A DNA stretch of 64,000 nt from Candidatus Eiseniibacteriota bacterium (GCA_038231135.1 JBBRLX010000001.1:203956-267955), one strand, 5' to 3'. Shown: positions 46,275 to 57,068, counted from the first letter of the stretch. Numbers and translations: made by a program. Notes: generated by a model from the letters alone, not told the origin.

Positions 46275-46777
46275 CCTGGTCCCTCCACCGCATCGACGAT
46301 CGGTTGATCCACGGCCAGGTGCTGGTGGCGTGGGGACACCGGCTCCATCCGCAGCGAATCTGGGTGGTCGACGACGCGTCGGCCGCCAGCGCCTGGGAAC
46401 GCGAGTTGCTCGTGTCGTCGGCGCCCGACATCGACGTCCGTGTCGTGTCGGTGGCGGAGGCCGCCGAGATCCACGCGGTGGAGCACGCGGCGGCCGGGGG
46501 CGCGTTCCTGCTGGTGCGCGACCTCCAGACCGCGCTCGCGCTCATCGAACGCGGCGCGGCGGTGGTGACGTTCATCGTCGGCGGGCTGCACTACGCGCCG
46601 GGCAAGGACAAGGTCCACGAGTCGGTGTACCTCGACGCGGCGGATCGCGCGGCCGCGCGGGCGCTGCTGGCCCGTGGCGTCGCGCTGCCCGTGCAGGACG
46701 TGCCGGCGTCCCGCTCCCAGCCGCTCGAGAAGCTCGATCCGTCCCTGGTGCGCGGCGGCGCCGGGTCCGCGCCGTGA
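46271..46777 (+). CDS. PTS mannose/sorbose family EIIB
   Basis: RIDDRLIHGQV..W, VVDD, VGGLH, QDVP. Confidence 0.9.
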   Translation: MTWSLHRIDDRLIHGQVLVAWGHRLHPQRIWVVDDASAASAWERELLVSSAPDIDVRVVSVAEAAEIHAVEHAAAGGAFLLVRDLQTALALIERGAAVVTFIVGGLHYAPGKDKVHESVYLDAADRAAARALLARGVALPVQDVPASRSQPLEKLDPSLVRGGAGSAP

Positions 46778-47481
46778 TCCCCGAGGTGCTGGGCACGGTG
46801 CTGCTCGGCGGCGTCGGGGCGCTCGACGCGACGCCGGTCGGCCAGACGCTGCTGTCGCAGCCGCTCGTGACCGCGGCGCTGCTCGGCGCGCTGTGGCACG
46901 ACATGCCGGTCGCGCTCGCCGTGGGCGTGGTGCTGCAGATCCTCGCCGCCAGCACGCTGCCCGTCGGCGCGCGCACGCCCGAGGACTACGCGGTGGGCGG
47001 CGTGGTCGGCACCGGGCTCGCGCTGCTGCTGGCGTCGCAGGTGTCGTTCACCATCGCGCGCGACGGCTGCGCGCTGCTCGGGGTGTTCGCGGGGATGATC
47101 GCCGCCACGTCGGGAGTCCCGCTGCTCAAGTGGCAGCGCCGGCAGCACGAGGGCTTGAGCCGCTGGTGCGAGGACGAGCTGCGCGCCGGTAACGAGGCCG
47201 CGCTCGGCCAGTGCCAGGCGGCCGGCGTTGGCCTCGCCTTCGGCGTCGGTGTAAGTTACTCCGCTGCCTGCCTGGGGCTGGGAACCCTGCTGCTGATGGG
47301 GCTGGCGCGTACGGAATCGGTGTGGCTGTCGCGCGCCTGGACACTCGCCCAGCCGCTGTGGATCGGACTCGGCCTCGCGCAGTTGCTGCACGCGTTCGTG
47401 CAGCGCCGGTTGCTGCGCGTCGGGGTGTTCGCCGCCGCGCTGTTCCTGACCTGGCTGCTGCTCATGAGCGGTGCATCGTGA
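46774..47481 (+). CDS. PTS mannose family EIIC
   Basis: LD..Q..LSQPLV, LPVGA..P, hydrophobic; operon position. Confidence 0.85.
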   Translation: MIPEVLGTVLLGGVGALDATPVGQTLLSQPLVTAALLGALWHDMPVALAVGVVLQILAASTLPVGARTPEDYAVGGVVGTGLALLLASQVSFTIARDGCALLGVFAGMIAATSGVPLLKWQRRQHEGLSRWCEDELRAGNEAALGQCQAAGVGLAFGVGVSYSAACLGLGTLLLMGLARTESVWLSRAWTLAQPLWIGLGLAQLLHAFVQRRLLRVGVFAAALFLTWLLLMSGAS

Positions 47482-48233
47482 CGGTGCCCGCGCTCCGGAA
47501 AGGGGATCTGTTGCGGATGGCGGCGCGCGCTTCGTTGTTGCAGGCCACGTGGAACTACGAGCGCCAGCAGGGCCTGGGCTGGGCGTTCGCGCTGGCGCCC
47601 GCGCTGCGGCGGTTCCTGCCGGAGCGTGCGGAGCGCTGCGAGCGGCTCGCCGAGCACACGTCGTACTTCAACACCCAGCCCACGCTGGCGTCGCTCGCGC
47701 TCGGCGCCGTCGCCGCGCTCGAACAGCAGCGCGCGGACACGGGCCAGCCCGACGCCGACGGCATGCGCCGCGTGAAGCACGTGCTGGGCTCGACGCTGGC
47801 GGCGCTCGGGGACCGGATGTTCTGGCTCACCCTGCGGCCGCTCGCCGCCTGCCTGGGCCTGATCCTCGCGATCGGCGGCTCGCCGGCGGGGGCGGCGGTG
47901 CTGTGGGTGTGCTACAACGCCATGCACCAGAGCCTGCGCCTGGCGGGCGTGTTCTGGGGCTACCGGCTGGGGCCCAAGGTGCTGAGCGGCGAGCTGCGTC
48001 CCCGCCTGGAGCGGCTGGTGCACGCCTGGGCGATCATCGGCGCCGCCGCCGTGGGTTCGATCGTCGCGCTGCTGCTGGTGCCGGGCGGCACGCCGCGCCC
48101 GCTGGCGTTCCAGCTCGTGCTCGCCTGCGGGCTCGGGCTCGGGCTGGTCGCCGCCCAGCGCGTGCGGCCGTCGCCGACCGAGTGGGCGCTGGGAGCCGGG
48201 GTGCTGTGCCTGATCCTCGCGTGGCATCCATGA
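47478..48233 (+). CDS. PTS mannose family EIID
   Basis: LQATWNYERQQ.LG, YFNTQP, LAALGD..FW..LRP. Confidence 0.9.
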   Translation: MTVPALRKGDLLRMAARASLLQATWNYERQQGLGWAFALAPALRRFLPERAERCERLAEHTSYFNTQPTLASLALGAVAALEQQRADTGQPDADGMRRVKHVLGSTLAALGDRMFWLTLRPLAACLGLILAIGGSPAGAAVLWVCYNAMHQSLRLAGVFWGYRLGPKVLSGELRPRLERLVHAWAIIGAAAVGSIVALLLVPGGTPRPLAFQLVLACGLGLGLVAAQRVRPSPTEWALGAGVLCLILAWHP

Positions 48234-48499
48234 CCGAGGCCGAATTGCTGATCAAGAACCAGCTCGGTCTGCACGCGCGCGCCTGCGCGATGTTCGTCAA
48301 GACCGCGGCGAAGTTCCAGTCGGAGATCGTCGTGAGCCGCGACGATCTCGAGGTCAACGGCAAGAGCATCATGGGCGTCATGATGCTCGCGGCCGAGGAG
48401 GGTTCCACGATCAAGGTGCGGGCCGTGGGCGCCGACGAGTCGGACGCGCTCACCGCGCTGACGCAGCTCGTGGACGGAAAGTTCGGCGGTGAGCCGTGA
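48230..48499 (+). CDS. ptsH: Phosphocarrier HPr
   Basis: N.LGLHAR (His15), NGKSIMGVMMLAA (Ser46). Confidence 0.95.
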   Translation: MTEAELLIKNQLGLHARACAMFVKTAAKFQSEIVVSRDDLEVNGKSIMGVMMLAAEEGSTIKVRAVGADESDALTALTQLVDGKFGGEP

Positions 48500-48557
48500 G
48501 CCGCCCCGACGCCCGCCGCCCCGGCACGCGCGGATCGCGAACCCTGCGGGAGCAGCC

Positions 48558-50306
48558 GTGAAGTTCTCAGGGATTCCCGCGGCCCCCGGCATCGGGCTCG
48601 GCCGGATCGTGCGGCTCGAGCGCGAGGAGTTCATCGTGCGCGACGGCCCCGTGCCCGAAGCCGACGTCGAGGAGGAGATCCGGCGGTTCCACGGCGCGCT
48701 CGAAGCGTCGCGCCGGGACCTGACCCGGATCCGGGACGGCATCGCCGCGGAGCTCGGCGAGGAGCAGGCCGCGATCTACGACGCCCACCGCATGATCCTC
48801 GACGATCCCGAGCTGGTGAACGGCGTCGAACAGGGCGTGCGCGTGGAGCGGCACTATCCGGGATTCGTGTTCCGGCGCTGGATGACGTCCGTCGTGTCGC
48901 ACTTCGACGGCATCGAGGACGAGTACCTGCGCGAGCGCCGTGCCGACGTCGTGGATGTCGCCCGGCGCGTGCTGCGGCACCTGGTGGGCGGCGAGCGGCG
49001 CACGGCCGGCCGGCTCGACGAGCCGGCGGTGATCGTGGCGCACGACCTGGGGCCCAGCGAGGTCGCGCTGCTCGAGCGCGATCGCGTGCTGGGGTTCATC
49101 ACCGAGGTCGGCGGGCGCACGTCACACAGCGCAATCGTCGCCCGCGGCCGTGGCATTCCGGCGGTGATGAGCGTGCGCGGCGTGATGCAGCAGGTGAAGT
49201 CGGGCGACATGGGCGTGGTGGACGGCTACGCCGGAGTGTTCGAGGTGAACCCCGACGCGCCCACGACCGCATACTACCAGGGCCGCCGCACGCAATTCGA
49301 CGAGGAGCTGCAGGCGCTCGGCACCGTGCGCAACGAGGCCTCGGAGACGCTCGACGGCCACCGCATCGATCTCGGCGGCAACATCGAGCTGCCGTCCGAC
49401 GTGGACGCGGTGATCGCCGCCGGCGCCGACAGCATCGGGCTGTTCCGCACCGAGTTCTTCTACCTGAACCGGCTCGAGCTGCCGGTCGAGGAGGAGCAGT
49501 ACGAGGCGTACCGCCAGGTGGCCGAACGGCTGAACCCACGGCCGGTGCTGTTCCGCACCATGGATCTGGGCGGCGACAAGGTGGCCTCGTACCTCGGCAC
49601 GACGCACGAGGCGAACCCGTTCCTCGGCTGGCGCGGCATCCGCTTCGCCCTGCACCATCCCGAGGTGTTCCGCACCCAGATCCGCGCCATCTACCGCGCC
49701 AGCGCGCACGGCAAGGCGCGCATGATGTTCCCGATGGTCGCGAGCGAGGACGAGCTGACCGCCGCGCTCGCGATGTGCTCCGAGGTGCGGGCGGAGCTGG
49801 CGGCCGCCGGGGTCCCGCACGATCCGGAGCTCGAGATCGGAGTGATGGTCGAGACGCCGAGCGCCGTGTGGCTCGCCGACGTGCTGTCGCGCCACGCGCG
49901 GTTCCTGTCGATCGGTTCCAACGACCTCACGCAGTACACGCTCGCCATGGACCGGGACAACGAGCGGCTCGCCCACCTGTACGAGCCGCTGAACCCGTCG
50001 ATCCTGCGCAGCATCGACCACACGGTGCGCGCGGGGCACGCCGCCGGGCGCTGGGTGGGGATCTGCGGCGAGATGGCGGGGGACCCCCGCATCGCGATGC
50101 TGCTCGTCGGGCTCGAGGTGGACGAGCTCAGCATGTCGTGCTTCGACCTGCCGCGCGTGAAGGCCGCGGTGCGCAGCGTGCGGTTCGAGGAGCTGAAGCT
50201 CGTCGCGCAGGAGGCGCTCGCGCTGCCGACCGCCGAGGCGGTGCGCGGGCTGCTGCGCACGCGGATCGACGCCATGCTGCCGGACTTCCTGCTGGTGGAA
50301 CGCTGA
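48558..50306 (+). CDS. ptsI: PTS enzyme I
   Basis: GGRTSHSAI, GLFRTEF, EANPFLGWRGIR, SIGSNDLTQY, CGEMAGD; GTG 48558 after GGAG (alternative start 48489). Confidence 0.96.
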   Translation: MKFSGIPAAPGIGLGRIVRLEREEFIVRDGPVPEADVEEEIRRFHGALEASRRDLTRIRDGIAAELGEEQAAIYDAHRMILDDPELVNGVEQGVRVERHYPGFVFRRWMTSVVSHFDGIEDEYLRERRADVVDVARRVLRHLVGGERRTAGRLDEPAVIVAHDLGPSEVALLERDRVLGFITEVGGRTSHSAIVARGRGIPAVMSVRGVMQQVKSGDMGVVDGYAGVFEVNPDAPTTAYYQGRRTQFDEELQALGTVRNEASETLDGHRIDLGGNIELPSDVDAVIAAGADSIGLFRTEFFYLNRLELPVEEEQYEAYRQVAERLNPRPVLFRTMDLGGDKVASYLGTTHEANPFLGWRGIRFALHHPEVFRTQIRAIYRASAHGKARMMFPMVASEDELTAALAMCSEVRAELAAAGVPHDPELEIGVMVETPSAVWLADVLSRHARFLSIGSNDLTQYTLAMDRDNERLAHLYEPLNPSILRSIDHTVRAGHAAGRWVGICGEMAGDPRIAMLLVGLEVDELSMSCFDLPRVKAAVRSVRFEELKLVAQEALALPTAEAVRGLLRTRIDAMLPDFLLVER

Positions 50307-50307
50307 C

Positions 50308-51378
50308 GTGGGAGACGCACTCGATCCGCCGTACGATGCCCACGACGCCCACGGCATGACCGCGCGCATCCTGGGCATTCCGGACCAGGTGGCCGCGGCG
50401 GTCGCGGCGAGCCGCGAATCCCCGTGGCGGATTCCGGTCGCGGATCCCGACCTGCTCGCGGTCGGCGCGCTCGGGGGCTCGGCGATCGCGGCCGATCTCG
50501 TCGCCGGCACCGCGGCCGACCGGCTGCCGCATCCGCTGATCGCCGTGCGCGAGTACCGGTGGCCGGCGTTCGTCACCCGGCGTTCGCTCGCGCTGCTGTG
50601 CTCGTATTCCGGGAACACCGAGGAGACGCTGGCGCTGTACGACGACGCCGGGGCGCGCGGGATCCCGCGGCTGGCGATGACCACCGGCGGCGAGCTCGCC
50701 CGCCGCTGCGAGCGCGACGGCGTGCCTCGCGTGACGCTGCCCGCGGGCTCGCCGCCGCGCGCCGCGGTGTACGCGTCGTGGGTGCGGCTCACGTATCTCG
50801 TGCACGCGCTCGGCTGGGACTCGGACCCGACGGCGGACTGGGGCGCCGCGGCGCGCCTGCTCGGGCAGCGGCGCGACGAGTGGTCGCCGGCGGTGGCGGA
50901 GGGCAGGAACCCGGTGAAGCAGATCGCGCGGCGCCTCGACGGCCGGTTCGTGCTGATCTACGCGGGCTCCGACCGCCTGGGGGCGGTCGCCACCCGCGTG
51001 AGGAACCAGCTCAACGAAAATGCTAAACTGCTCGCCCATTCGGCGGTGGTACCGGAGCTCCAACACAACGAAGTGGTCGGCTGGGAACGGCCGGTCGCGC
51101 CGGCGGCGAGCACCGCGGTGCTGATCCTTAGGGATCCGGAGGACGCGCCCGCGATCGACCTGCGGCTGACACTCACCGCCGAATACGTGCGATCGAAGGG
51201 TGCCGAGGTGGTGGAGTTCAGGGAGGAATCCGGGCCGCGGCTGGCCCGGATCGCGTCGCTGGTGCAGTTCGGCGACTGGCTGAGCCTCTACCTCGCGCTG
51301 CTGAATGCGGCGGACCCGACGCCGATCGCGTCGATCGACTGGTTCAAGCAACGACTCACGGACTCGAGGACGCAATGA
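50308..51378 (+). CDS. Bifunctional phosphoglucose/phosphomannose isomerase (SIS family)
   Basis: GGSAIA, SYSGNTEET, PRAA, Q.NENAK, PE..HNE, I...K. Confidence 0.88.
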   Translation: MGDALDPPYDAHDAHGMTARILGIPDQVAAAVAASRESPWRIPVADPDLLAVGALGGSAIAADLVAGTAADRLPHPLIAVREYRWPAFVTRRSLALLCSYSGNTEETLALYDDAGARGIPRLAMTTGGELARRCERDGVPRVTLPAGSPPRAAVYASWVRLTYLVHALGWDSDPTADWGAAARLLGQRRDEWSPAVAEGRNPVKQIARRLDGRFVLIYAGSDRLGAVATRVRNQLNENAKLLAHSAVVPELQHNEVVGWERPVAPAASTAVLILRDPEDAPAIDLRLTLTAEYVRSKGAEVVEFREESGPRLARIASLVQFGDWLSLYLALLNAADPTPIASIDWFKQRLTDSRTQ

Positions 51379-52367
51379 CCGCCAGCCCCATCGCCATCAT
51401 CCCGGTCGCCGGCACCGGCACCCGGTTGCGGCCGCACACGTATACGCAGCCGAAGGTGCTGCTGAACGTGGCCGGCAAGCCGATCCTGGCGTACATCCTC
51501 GACGACCTGCCCGGGCTCGGCATCGACGAGGTGGTGCTGATCGTCGGCTACCTGGGCGACCGCGTGCGCGAGTTCGTGACCGCCGCCTATCCCCGGCTCC
51601 GCGTCCATTACGTGGAACAACCGGAGCAGCTCGGCCTCGGTCACGCGGTGTCGCTCGCCGCGCCCCACGCCCAGGACCGGCCGATCCTGATCATCCTCGG
51701 CGACACCATCTTCGAGGCCGACCTCGCGGGCGTGCTGCGCCGCGGCGCCGACGCGATCGGCGTGCGCGAGGTCGACGATCCACGGCGGTTCGGCATCGTC
51801 GAGACCGACGCCGCCGGGCGCATCACGCGCATGGTGGAGAAGCCCGAGCACCCGGCGTCGAAGCTCGCGATCACCGGCGTGTACTTCTTCGCATCCGGCG
51901 CGCCGCTGTTCGGCGCGCTGCACGAGCTGCAGCACAACAACGTCCGCACCCGCGGGGAATTCCAGCTCACGGACGCCATGCAGCTGCTGGTCGAGCGCGG
52001 CGCCGCGATCACGACGTTCCCGATCTCGGGCTGGTACGATTGCGGGAAATACGAGACGCTGCTCGAGACGAACCGGGCGCTGCTCGACCGGCGCGGCGAG
52101 CACCCGCAGGTGCCGGGATCGATCGTCCATCCCCCGGTCACCATCGCCGCGGACGCGGTCATCGAAGCGTCGATTCTGGGTCCCCACGTCACGGTCGCGG
52201 CCCGGGCGCGCGTGACGGGATCCGTGGTGCGCAATTCCATCGTCAATGACAACGCCACGATCGAGAACATCCTGCTCGAGGATTCGATCGTGGGGGAGAA
52301 CGCCGTGGTGCGCGGGGCCTTCCGCCGCGCCAATGTCGGCGATTCGAGCGAAATCACGATCACCTGA
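51375..52367 (+). CDS. Sugar-1-phosphate nucleotidyltransferase (long form)
   Basis: [10 protein letters not shown]...[28 protein letters not shown]-terminal hexapeptide repeats. Confidence 0.88.
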   Translation: MTASPIAIIPVAGTGTRLRPHTYTQPKVLLNVAGKPILAYILDDLPGLGIDEVVLIVGYLGDRVREFVTAAYPRLRVHYVEQPEQLGLGHAVSLAAPHAQDRPILIILGDTIFEADLAGVLRRGADAIGVREVDDPRRFGIVETDAAGRITRMVEKPEHPASKLAITGVYFFASGAPLFGALHELQHNNVRTRGEFQLTDAMQLLVERGAAITTFPISGWYDCGKYETLLETNRALLDRRGEHPQVPGSIVHPPVTIAADAVIEASILGPHVTVAARARVTGSVVRNSIVNDNATIENILLEDSIVGENAVVRGAFRRANVGDSSEITIT

Positions 52368-52444
52368 TCCGCGTTCTCGTCCCGGTGGTGCAGCCACGCC
52401 CCCGGGACCGGCCGCTTGCCTCGCACGTCTTCACAGGAGCATCC

Positions 52445-53590
52445 ATGGGCACACGTCATCTGTTCACCTCCGAGTCCGTCACCGAAGGACATCCCGACAA
52501 GATCGCCGACCAGATCTCCGACTCGGTGCTCGACGCGCTGATCGCGCAGGACCCGGCCAGCCGGGTGGCGTGCGAAACGCTCGTGACCACCGGGCTCGCG
52601 ATCGTGGCCGGCGAGATCACGAGCCGTGGCTACGTCGAGCTGCCGGAGCTGGTCCGGCGCGTGATCGGCGAGATCGGCTACGACAGTGCGGACTACGGAT
52701 TCGACAGCCACACCTGCGCCGTGATGACGACGATCGACAATCAGTCGCCGGACATCGCGATGGGCGTCAACACCGGCGGCGCCGGCGACCAGGGCCTGAT
52801 GTTCGGCTTCGCCTGCCGTGAGACGAAGGAGCTGATGCCGCTGCCGATCATGCTGGCCCACGCGCTCACGCGCCGGCTGGCGTACGCCCGCCGCAAGGGA
52901 CTGATCCCGTACCTGCGCCCGGACGGCAAGTCGCAGGTCACCGTGCAGTACGACGGCACGCGCCCGATCTGCGTGGACACGATCGTGGTGTCGAGCCAGC
53001 ACGCCGACGGCATCGCGCACAAGACGATCGAGCGCGACATCATCAAGCACGTGGTCGAGCCGGTGCTGCCGAAGAAGTTCGTGGATCGGTCGCACCGGAT
53101 CAAGTACCACATCAACCCGACCGGCAGCTTCGTGAAGGGCGGCCCGATGGCGGACACCGGCCTCACCGGCCGCAAGATCATCGTCGACACCTACGGCGGC
53201 GTCGGCAGCCACGGCGGCGGCGCGTTCTCGGGCAAGGATCCGAGCAAGGTCGACCGGTCCGCGAGCTATGGCGCGCGCTACGTCGCGAAGAACCTGGTCG
53301 CGAGCGGGCTGTGCGACCGGTGCGAGGTGCAGATGGCCTACGCCATCGGCATCGCGGAGCCGGTGAGCGTCATGGTGGACAGTAACGGCACCGGCAAGAT
53401 CAGCGACGCGAAGCTCACGGACCTCGTGCTCAAGCATTTCGACCTGACGCCGCAGGGGCTGATCAAGCACCTCAAGCTGCGCCGGCCGATCTACCGCGCG
53501 ACCGCCGCGTACGGCCACTTCGGCCGCACCGAGGCGTCGTTCACGTGGGAGCGCACGGACCGGGCGCGGGCGCTGGCGCGCGCCGTGTGA
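52445..53590 (+). CDS. metK: S-adenosylmethionine synthetase
   Basis: [48 protein letters not shown]. Confidence 0.98.
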   Translation: MGTRHLFTSESVTEGHPDKIADQISDSVLDALIAQDPASRVACETLVTTGLAIVAGEITSRGYVELPELVRRVIGEIGYDSADYGFDSHTCAVMTTIDNQSPDIAMGVNTGGAGDQGLMFGFACRETKELMPLPIMLAHALTRRLAYARRKGLIPYLRPDGKSQVTVQYDGTRPICVDTIVVSSQHADGIAHKTIERDIIKHVVEPVLPKKFVDRSHRIKYHINPTGSFVKGGPMADTGLTGRKIIVDTYGGVGSHGGGAFSGKDPSKVDRSASYGARYVAKNLVASGLCDRCEVQMAYAIGIAEPVSVMVDSNGTGKISDAKLTDLVLKHFDLTPQGLIKHLKLRRPIYRATAAYGHFGRTEASFTWERTDRARALARAV

Positions 53591-53680
53591 TCGCGGGCTG
53601 AACCCGGGTGGCGCGGAGGTTGCCGCGGCCACCCGGTGTCACGTCGCAGGGCCGCTGCGCTCCGTGAACGGGAGGTGGGA

Positions 53681-54703
53681 ATGGATCTGCTGGTGCTCGG
53701 CGGCACAGTGTTCCTCGGCCGTCACGTGGTCGAGGCGGCGCTCGTGGCGGGGCATCGCATCACGCTGTTCCATCGCGGTCAGTCGAACCCGGGGTTGTTT
53801 CCCGCGTGCGAGCACGTGCTGGGGGACCGCGACGGCGGTCTCGGCGCGCTGGCCGGCCGGCGCTGGGACGCGGTGATCGACACCAGCGGTTACGTGCCCC
53901 GAATGGTGCGCGATTCGGCGACCCGGCTCGCGGCCCAGGCGGCGCACTACACGTTCGTGTCGAGCATCTCGGTCTATGCCGACACGGCGACGGGGCCGAC
54001 CGAGGACAGCCCTGTGGGCGTGCTCGCCGATCCCGCCGACGAGACGCTGACCGGCGGGAGCTACGGACCGCTCAAGGCGCTGTGCGAGCGCGCCGTCCAG
54101 CAGGCGTTCCCGGGGCACGCGCTGATCGTCCGGCCCGGGCTGATCGTGGGGCCCGACGATCCGACCGACCGGTTCACGTGGTGGACGCGGCGGGTGGCGC
54201 GCGGGGGCGAGGTGCTGGCGCCGGGCGTCTCGTCGGCTCCCGTGCAGCTCATCGACGTCCGGGACCTGGCGCAGTGGATGGTGCGCAGCATCGAGGCCGG
54301 TGTCGCGGGGACGTTCAACGCCACGGGCCCCTCCACGCCGCTCACGCTGGGCGAGGTGCTCGAGACCTGCCGTGTCGAGACCGGGGGCAGCGCCCAGTTC
54401 ACGTGGGTCAGCGAGCGGTTCCTGCTCGATCACGGTGTCCAGCCGTGGTCCGAGCTGCCGCTGTGGGTGCCGGCCGCCGACGAGGGATTCCTGCGCGCCG
54501 ACGCGTCCAGGGCCTGTAATCACGGGCTGACGTTCCGCCTGCTCGCCGACACCGCGCGCGACACGCTCGAATGGGACCGGACCACGCCGGCCGGCACGCG
54601 GCCGAAGAAGACCGGGTTGTCGGGTTCCCTGGCGGGGCTCGCGCCGGACCGGGAGGCCCGCCTGCTGCAAGAGTGGCGGGATGCGGGAGAGCCCGAGGCC
54701 TGA
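53681..54703 (+). CDS. NAD-dependent epimerase/dehydratase (atypical SDR)
   Basis: LVLGGT.FLG, FVSSISVY, YGPLKA.CE, RPGLIVGP.D, IDVRDLA; GGAGG RBS. Confidence 0.88.
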   Translation: MDLLVLGGTVFLGRHVVEAALVAGHRITLFHRGQSNPGLFPACEHVLGDRDGGLGALAGRRWDAVIDTSGYVPRMVRDSATRLAAQAAHYTFVSSISVYADTATGPTEDSPVGVLADPADETLTGGSYGPLKALCERAVQQAFPGHALIVRPGLIVGPDDPTDRFTWWTRRVARGGEVLAPGVSSAPVQLIDVRDLAQWMVRSIEAGVAGTFNATGPSTPLTLGEVLETCRVETGGSAQFTWVSERFLLDHGVQPWSELPLWVPAADEGFLRADASRACNHGLTFRLLADTARDTLEWDRTTPAGTRPKKTGLSGSLAGLAPDREARLLQEWRDAGEPEA

Positions 54704-54778
54704 CGGCGGGGTGACCGCCGCGGGACCGGAGCCGCGTGCGGCTGGACGCGCCGGGACTGCGACGGCCGGCCGCCGCCG

Positions 54779-55276
54779 TCAGCGCGGTCCGGGACTCTGC
54801 AGCCGCCGGTAGCGCCGCACCGGACCCTGGTCCGGGTGCCAGCCGTCACCGTGCAGCGGATCGATCACGGTGAGGAACGCGAATGTGCCCATCCCGGCAT
54901 CGGTCGACAGCAGCTCCCGTACGCCGTGCTCGCGCAGGATCACGGCACTGGCGAATTCCGGCGGCACGCCCGAGTCGCCCAGCGACTCCAGCAGCTCGCG
55001 CATCACCGCCGCGTGCCGGGGTGTGGGGCCGAGCGCCCGCACCGACGGGCTCGCCAGCAGCTGCTCCACGAAGCCGCCGGCGTCCGCCGCCGCGAGCGGG
55101 CGCGCCACCGCGTGACGGTGCGTGACCCGCGCGAGCAGTTCGTACAGCGCCGGCCACGTCACCGCCCAGGGCACGGTGCCGTTCGCGAGGTCATCGACGA
55201 GCCGCGACGCGCGCGCGTGATCCGGACCCCAGCGGTTGAGCGCCAGCACGAGCACGCCGGTGTCGACGGCGATCAC
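54779..55276 (-). CDS. vapC: VapC-family PIN-domain toxin
   Basis: IAVDTGVL, W..LYE..ARVTH, A..LREHGV..LLSTD; overlaps the antitoxin stop. Confidence 0.8.
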   Translation of the reverse strand: MIAVDTGVLVLALNRWGPDHARASRLVDDLANGTVPWAVTWPALYELLARVTHRHAVARPLAAADAGGFVEQLLASPSVRALGPTPRHAAVMRELLESLGDSGVPPEFASAVILREHGVRELLSTDAGMGTFAFLTVIDPLHGDGWHPDQGPVRRYRRLQSPGPR

Positions 55277-55521
55277 GGGCGGGCCGAACGGGGCGCGCCG
55301 TCGTCGCCCGTCTGCGAGCGGTCGGACGGATCGACGAGGAACGGGCCGAGGTCGTAGGACGGCAGCCGGAGCCGCGGGCGTCGCAGGGTGACCCGCGCAT
55401 CGATGCCGGCCCGCAGCGCGGCTTCGATGACCTCGGCGAGGGTGCGGCCTTCGAGCGCTGCGCGGGTCTTGAGCTCCGCGTACAGCGCGGAATCGAGTAC
55501 GAGCGTTGTTCGCTTATTCAT
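55273..55521 (-). CDS. vapB: VapB-like ribbon-helix-helix antitoxin
   Basis: MNKRTTLVLDSALYAELKTRAALEGRTLAEVIEAALR, LRLPSY.LG. Confidence 0.82.
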   Translation of the reverse strand: MNKRTTLVLDSALYAELKTRAALEGRTLAEVIEAALRAGIDARVTLRRPRLRLPSYDLGPFLVDPSDRSQTGDDGAPRSARP

Positions 55522-55655
55522 ATGTAAAAGCATATCATATTTTCAATGTAGCGTCCATGTCATGGTTTTTGGCATTGAGCTTTCGTGACGGCTCAGGCAC
55601 ACTTCGCACGCATCACAGGATGCACGACACGACCACATTTCTTCAGGGAGAGTTC

Positions 55656-56969
55656 ATGGCACGCACCCGCATGACGAACGGCAACGGCAGCGCCGTGGCG
55701 AACGGCCACGCCGTCGCCGGGCACGTCAAGGATCTCAAGCTCGCGAAGGAGGGGCGCCGGCGCATCGAGTGGGCCGAGCGCAACATGCCCGTGCTGCGCG
55801 CCATCCGCGCGCGGTTCGCGAAGGAGCGCCCGCTCAAGGGCGTACGGATCGCCGCGTGCCTGCACGTGACGACCGAGACGGCGAACCTGGCGCGCACGCT
55901 GCAGGCGGGCGGCGCCGAGGTGTTCGTGTGCGGCTCGAATCCACTCAGCACGCAGGACGACGTGGCCGCAGCGCTGGTCGACCACTACGGCATCGCCACG
56001 TACGCGATCAAGGGCGAGGATCACAAGACCTACTACTCGCACATCGTGTCGTGCATCGAGGCGCGGCCACACATCACGATGGACGACGGCTGCGATCTGG
56101 TGACCGTGCTGCACACCAAGAAGCGCAACTACCTGCGCGACGTGCTCGCCGGCACCGAGGAGACCTCGACCGGCGTGACCCGGCTGCGCGCCATGGCGGC
56201 GGGCAAGGTGCTGCGCTACCCGGTGGTGGCGATCAACGACGCCGACACCAAGCACCTGTTCGACAACCGCTACGGCACCGGCCAGAGCACGCTCGACGGC
56301 ATCCTGCGCAGCACGAACATGCTGATCGCGGGCTCGACCGTGGTGATCATCGGCTACGGCTGGTGCGGCCGCGGCGTGGCCACGCGCATGAAGGGCCACG
56401 GGGCCACGGTGCTCGTGACCGAGATCGATCCGGTGAAGGCGCTGGAAGCCGCGATGGACGGGTTCCAGGTGGTGTCGATGGCCGAGGCGTCGCCGCGCGG
56501 CGACCTGTTCGTCACGCTGACCGGCAACAAGTCGGTGATCCGCCGCGAGCACTTCCTCGCCATGAAGGACGGGGCGATCGTGGCGAACAGCGGCCACTTC
56601 AACGTCGAGATCGACATTCCGGCGCTGGACCGCATGGCCGTCACCAAGCGTGCGGTGCGCGAGTTCGTGGACGAGTACAAGCTGCCTGGCGGCCGGCGCG
56701 TGAACGTGCTGGGCGAGGGGCGGCTCATCAACCTCGCGGCGGCCGAAGGCCATCCCGCGATGGTGATGGACATGTCGTTCGCGAACCAGGCGCTGTCGGT
56801 CGAGTTCCTGCGCCGCAAGGCGAAGACGCTCAAGAAGGACGTCTACCTGGTGCCGAAGGTGATCGATCAGGAGGTCGCGCGGCTCAAGCTCAAGTCGATG
56901 AACATCACGATCGACACGCTGACGACGGAGCAGGAGAAGTACCTGCGCACGTGGAGCGAGGGTACGTAA
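55656..56969 (+). CDS. ahcY: Adenosylhomocysteinase
   Basis: CLHVTTET, SNPLSTQD, DDGCD, EETSTG, K.LFDNRYGTGQS, GYGWCG, GHP..VMDMSF. Confidence 0.97.
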   Translation: MARTRMTNGNGSAVANGHAVAGHVKDLKLAKEGRRRIEWAERNMPVLRAIRARFAKERPLKGVRIAACLHVTTETANLARTLQAGGAEVFVCGSNPLSTQDDVAAALVDHYGIATYAIKGEDHKTYYSHIVSCIEARPHITMDDGCDLVTVLHTKKRNYLRDVLAGTEETSTGVTRLRAMAAGKVLRYPVVAINDADTKHLFDNRYGTGQSTLDGILRSTNMLIAGSTVVIIGYGWCGRGVATRMKGHGATVLVTEIDPVKALEAAMDGFQVVSMAEASPRGDLFVTLTGNKSVIRREHFLAMKDGAIVANSGHFNVEIDIPALDRMAVTKRAVREFVDEYKLPGGRRVNVLGEGRLINLAAAEGHPAMVMDMSFANQALSVEFLRRKAKTLKKDVYLVPKVIDQEVARLKLKSMNITIDTLTTEQEKYLRTWSEGT

Positions 56970-57005
56970 CCCGTCGCGAAGCGACAGTCCTAGCCTTTCC
57001 ACGCA

Positions 57006-57033
57006 CAGCCGGTCCCGCTACGGGGCCGGCTGT
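57006..57033. terminator. Hairpin between convergent ahcY and DUF1207-like genes
   Basis: ACAGCCGG(T)CCCG-CTA-CGGGGCCGGCTGT. Confidence 0.65.
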
Positions 57034-57068
57034 TGTCGTGTGCAAACGGCAAGCTCGCCGCCCCCTCT

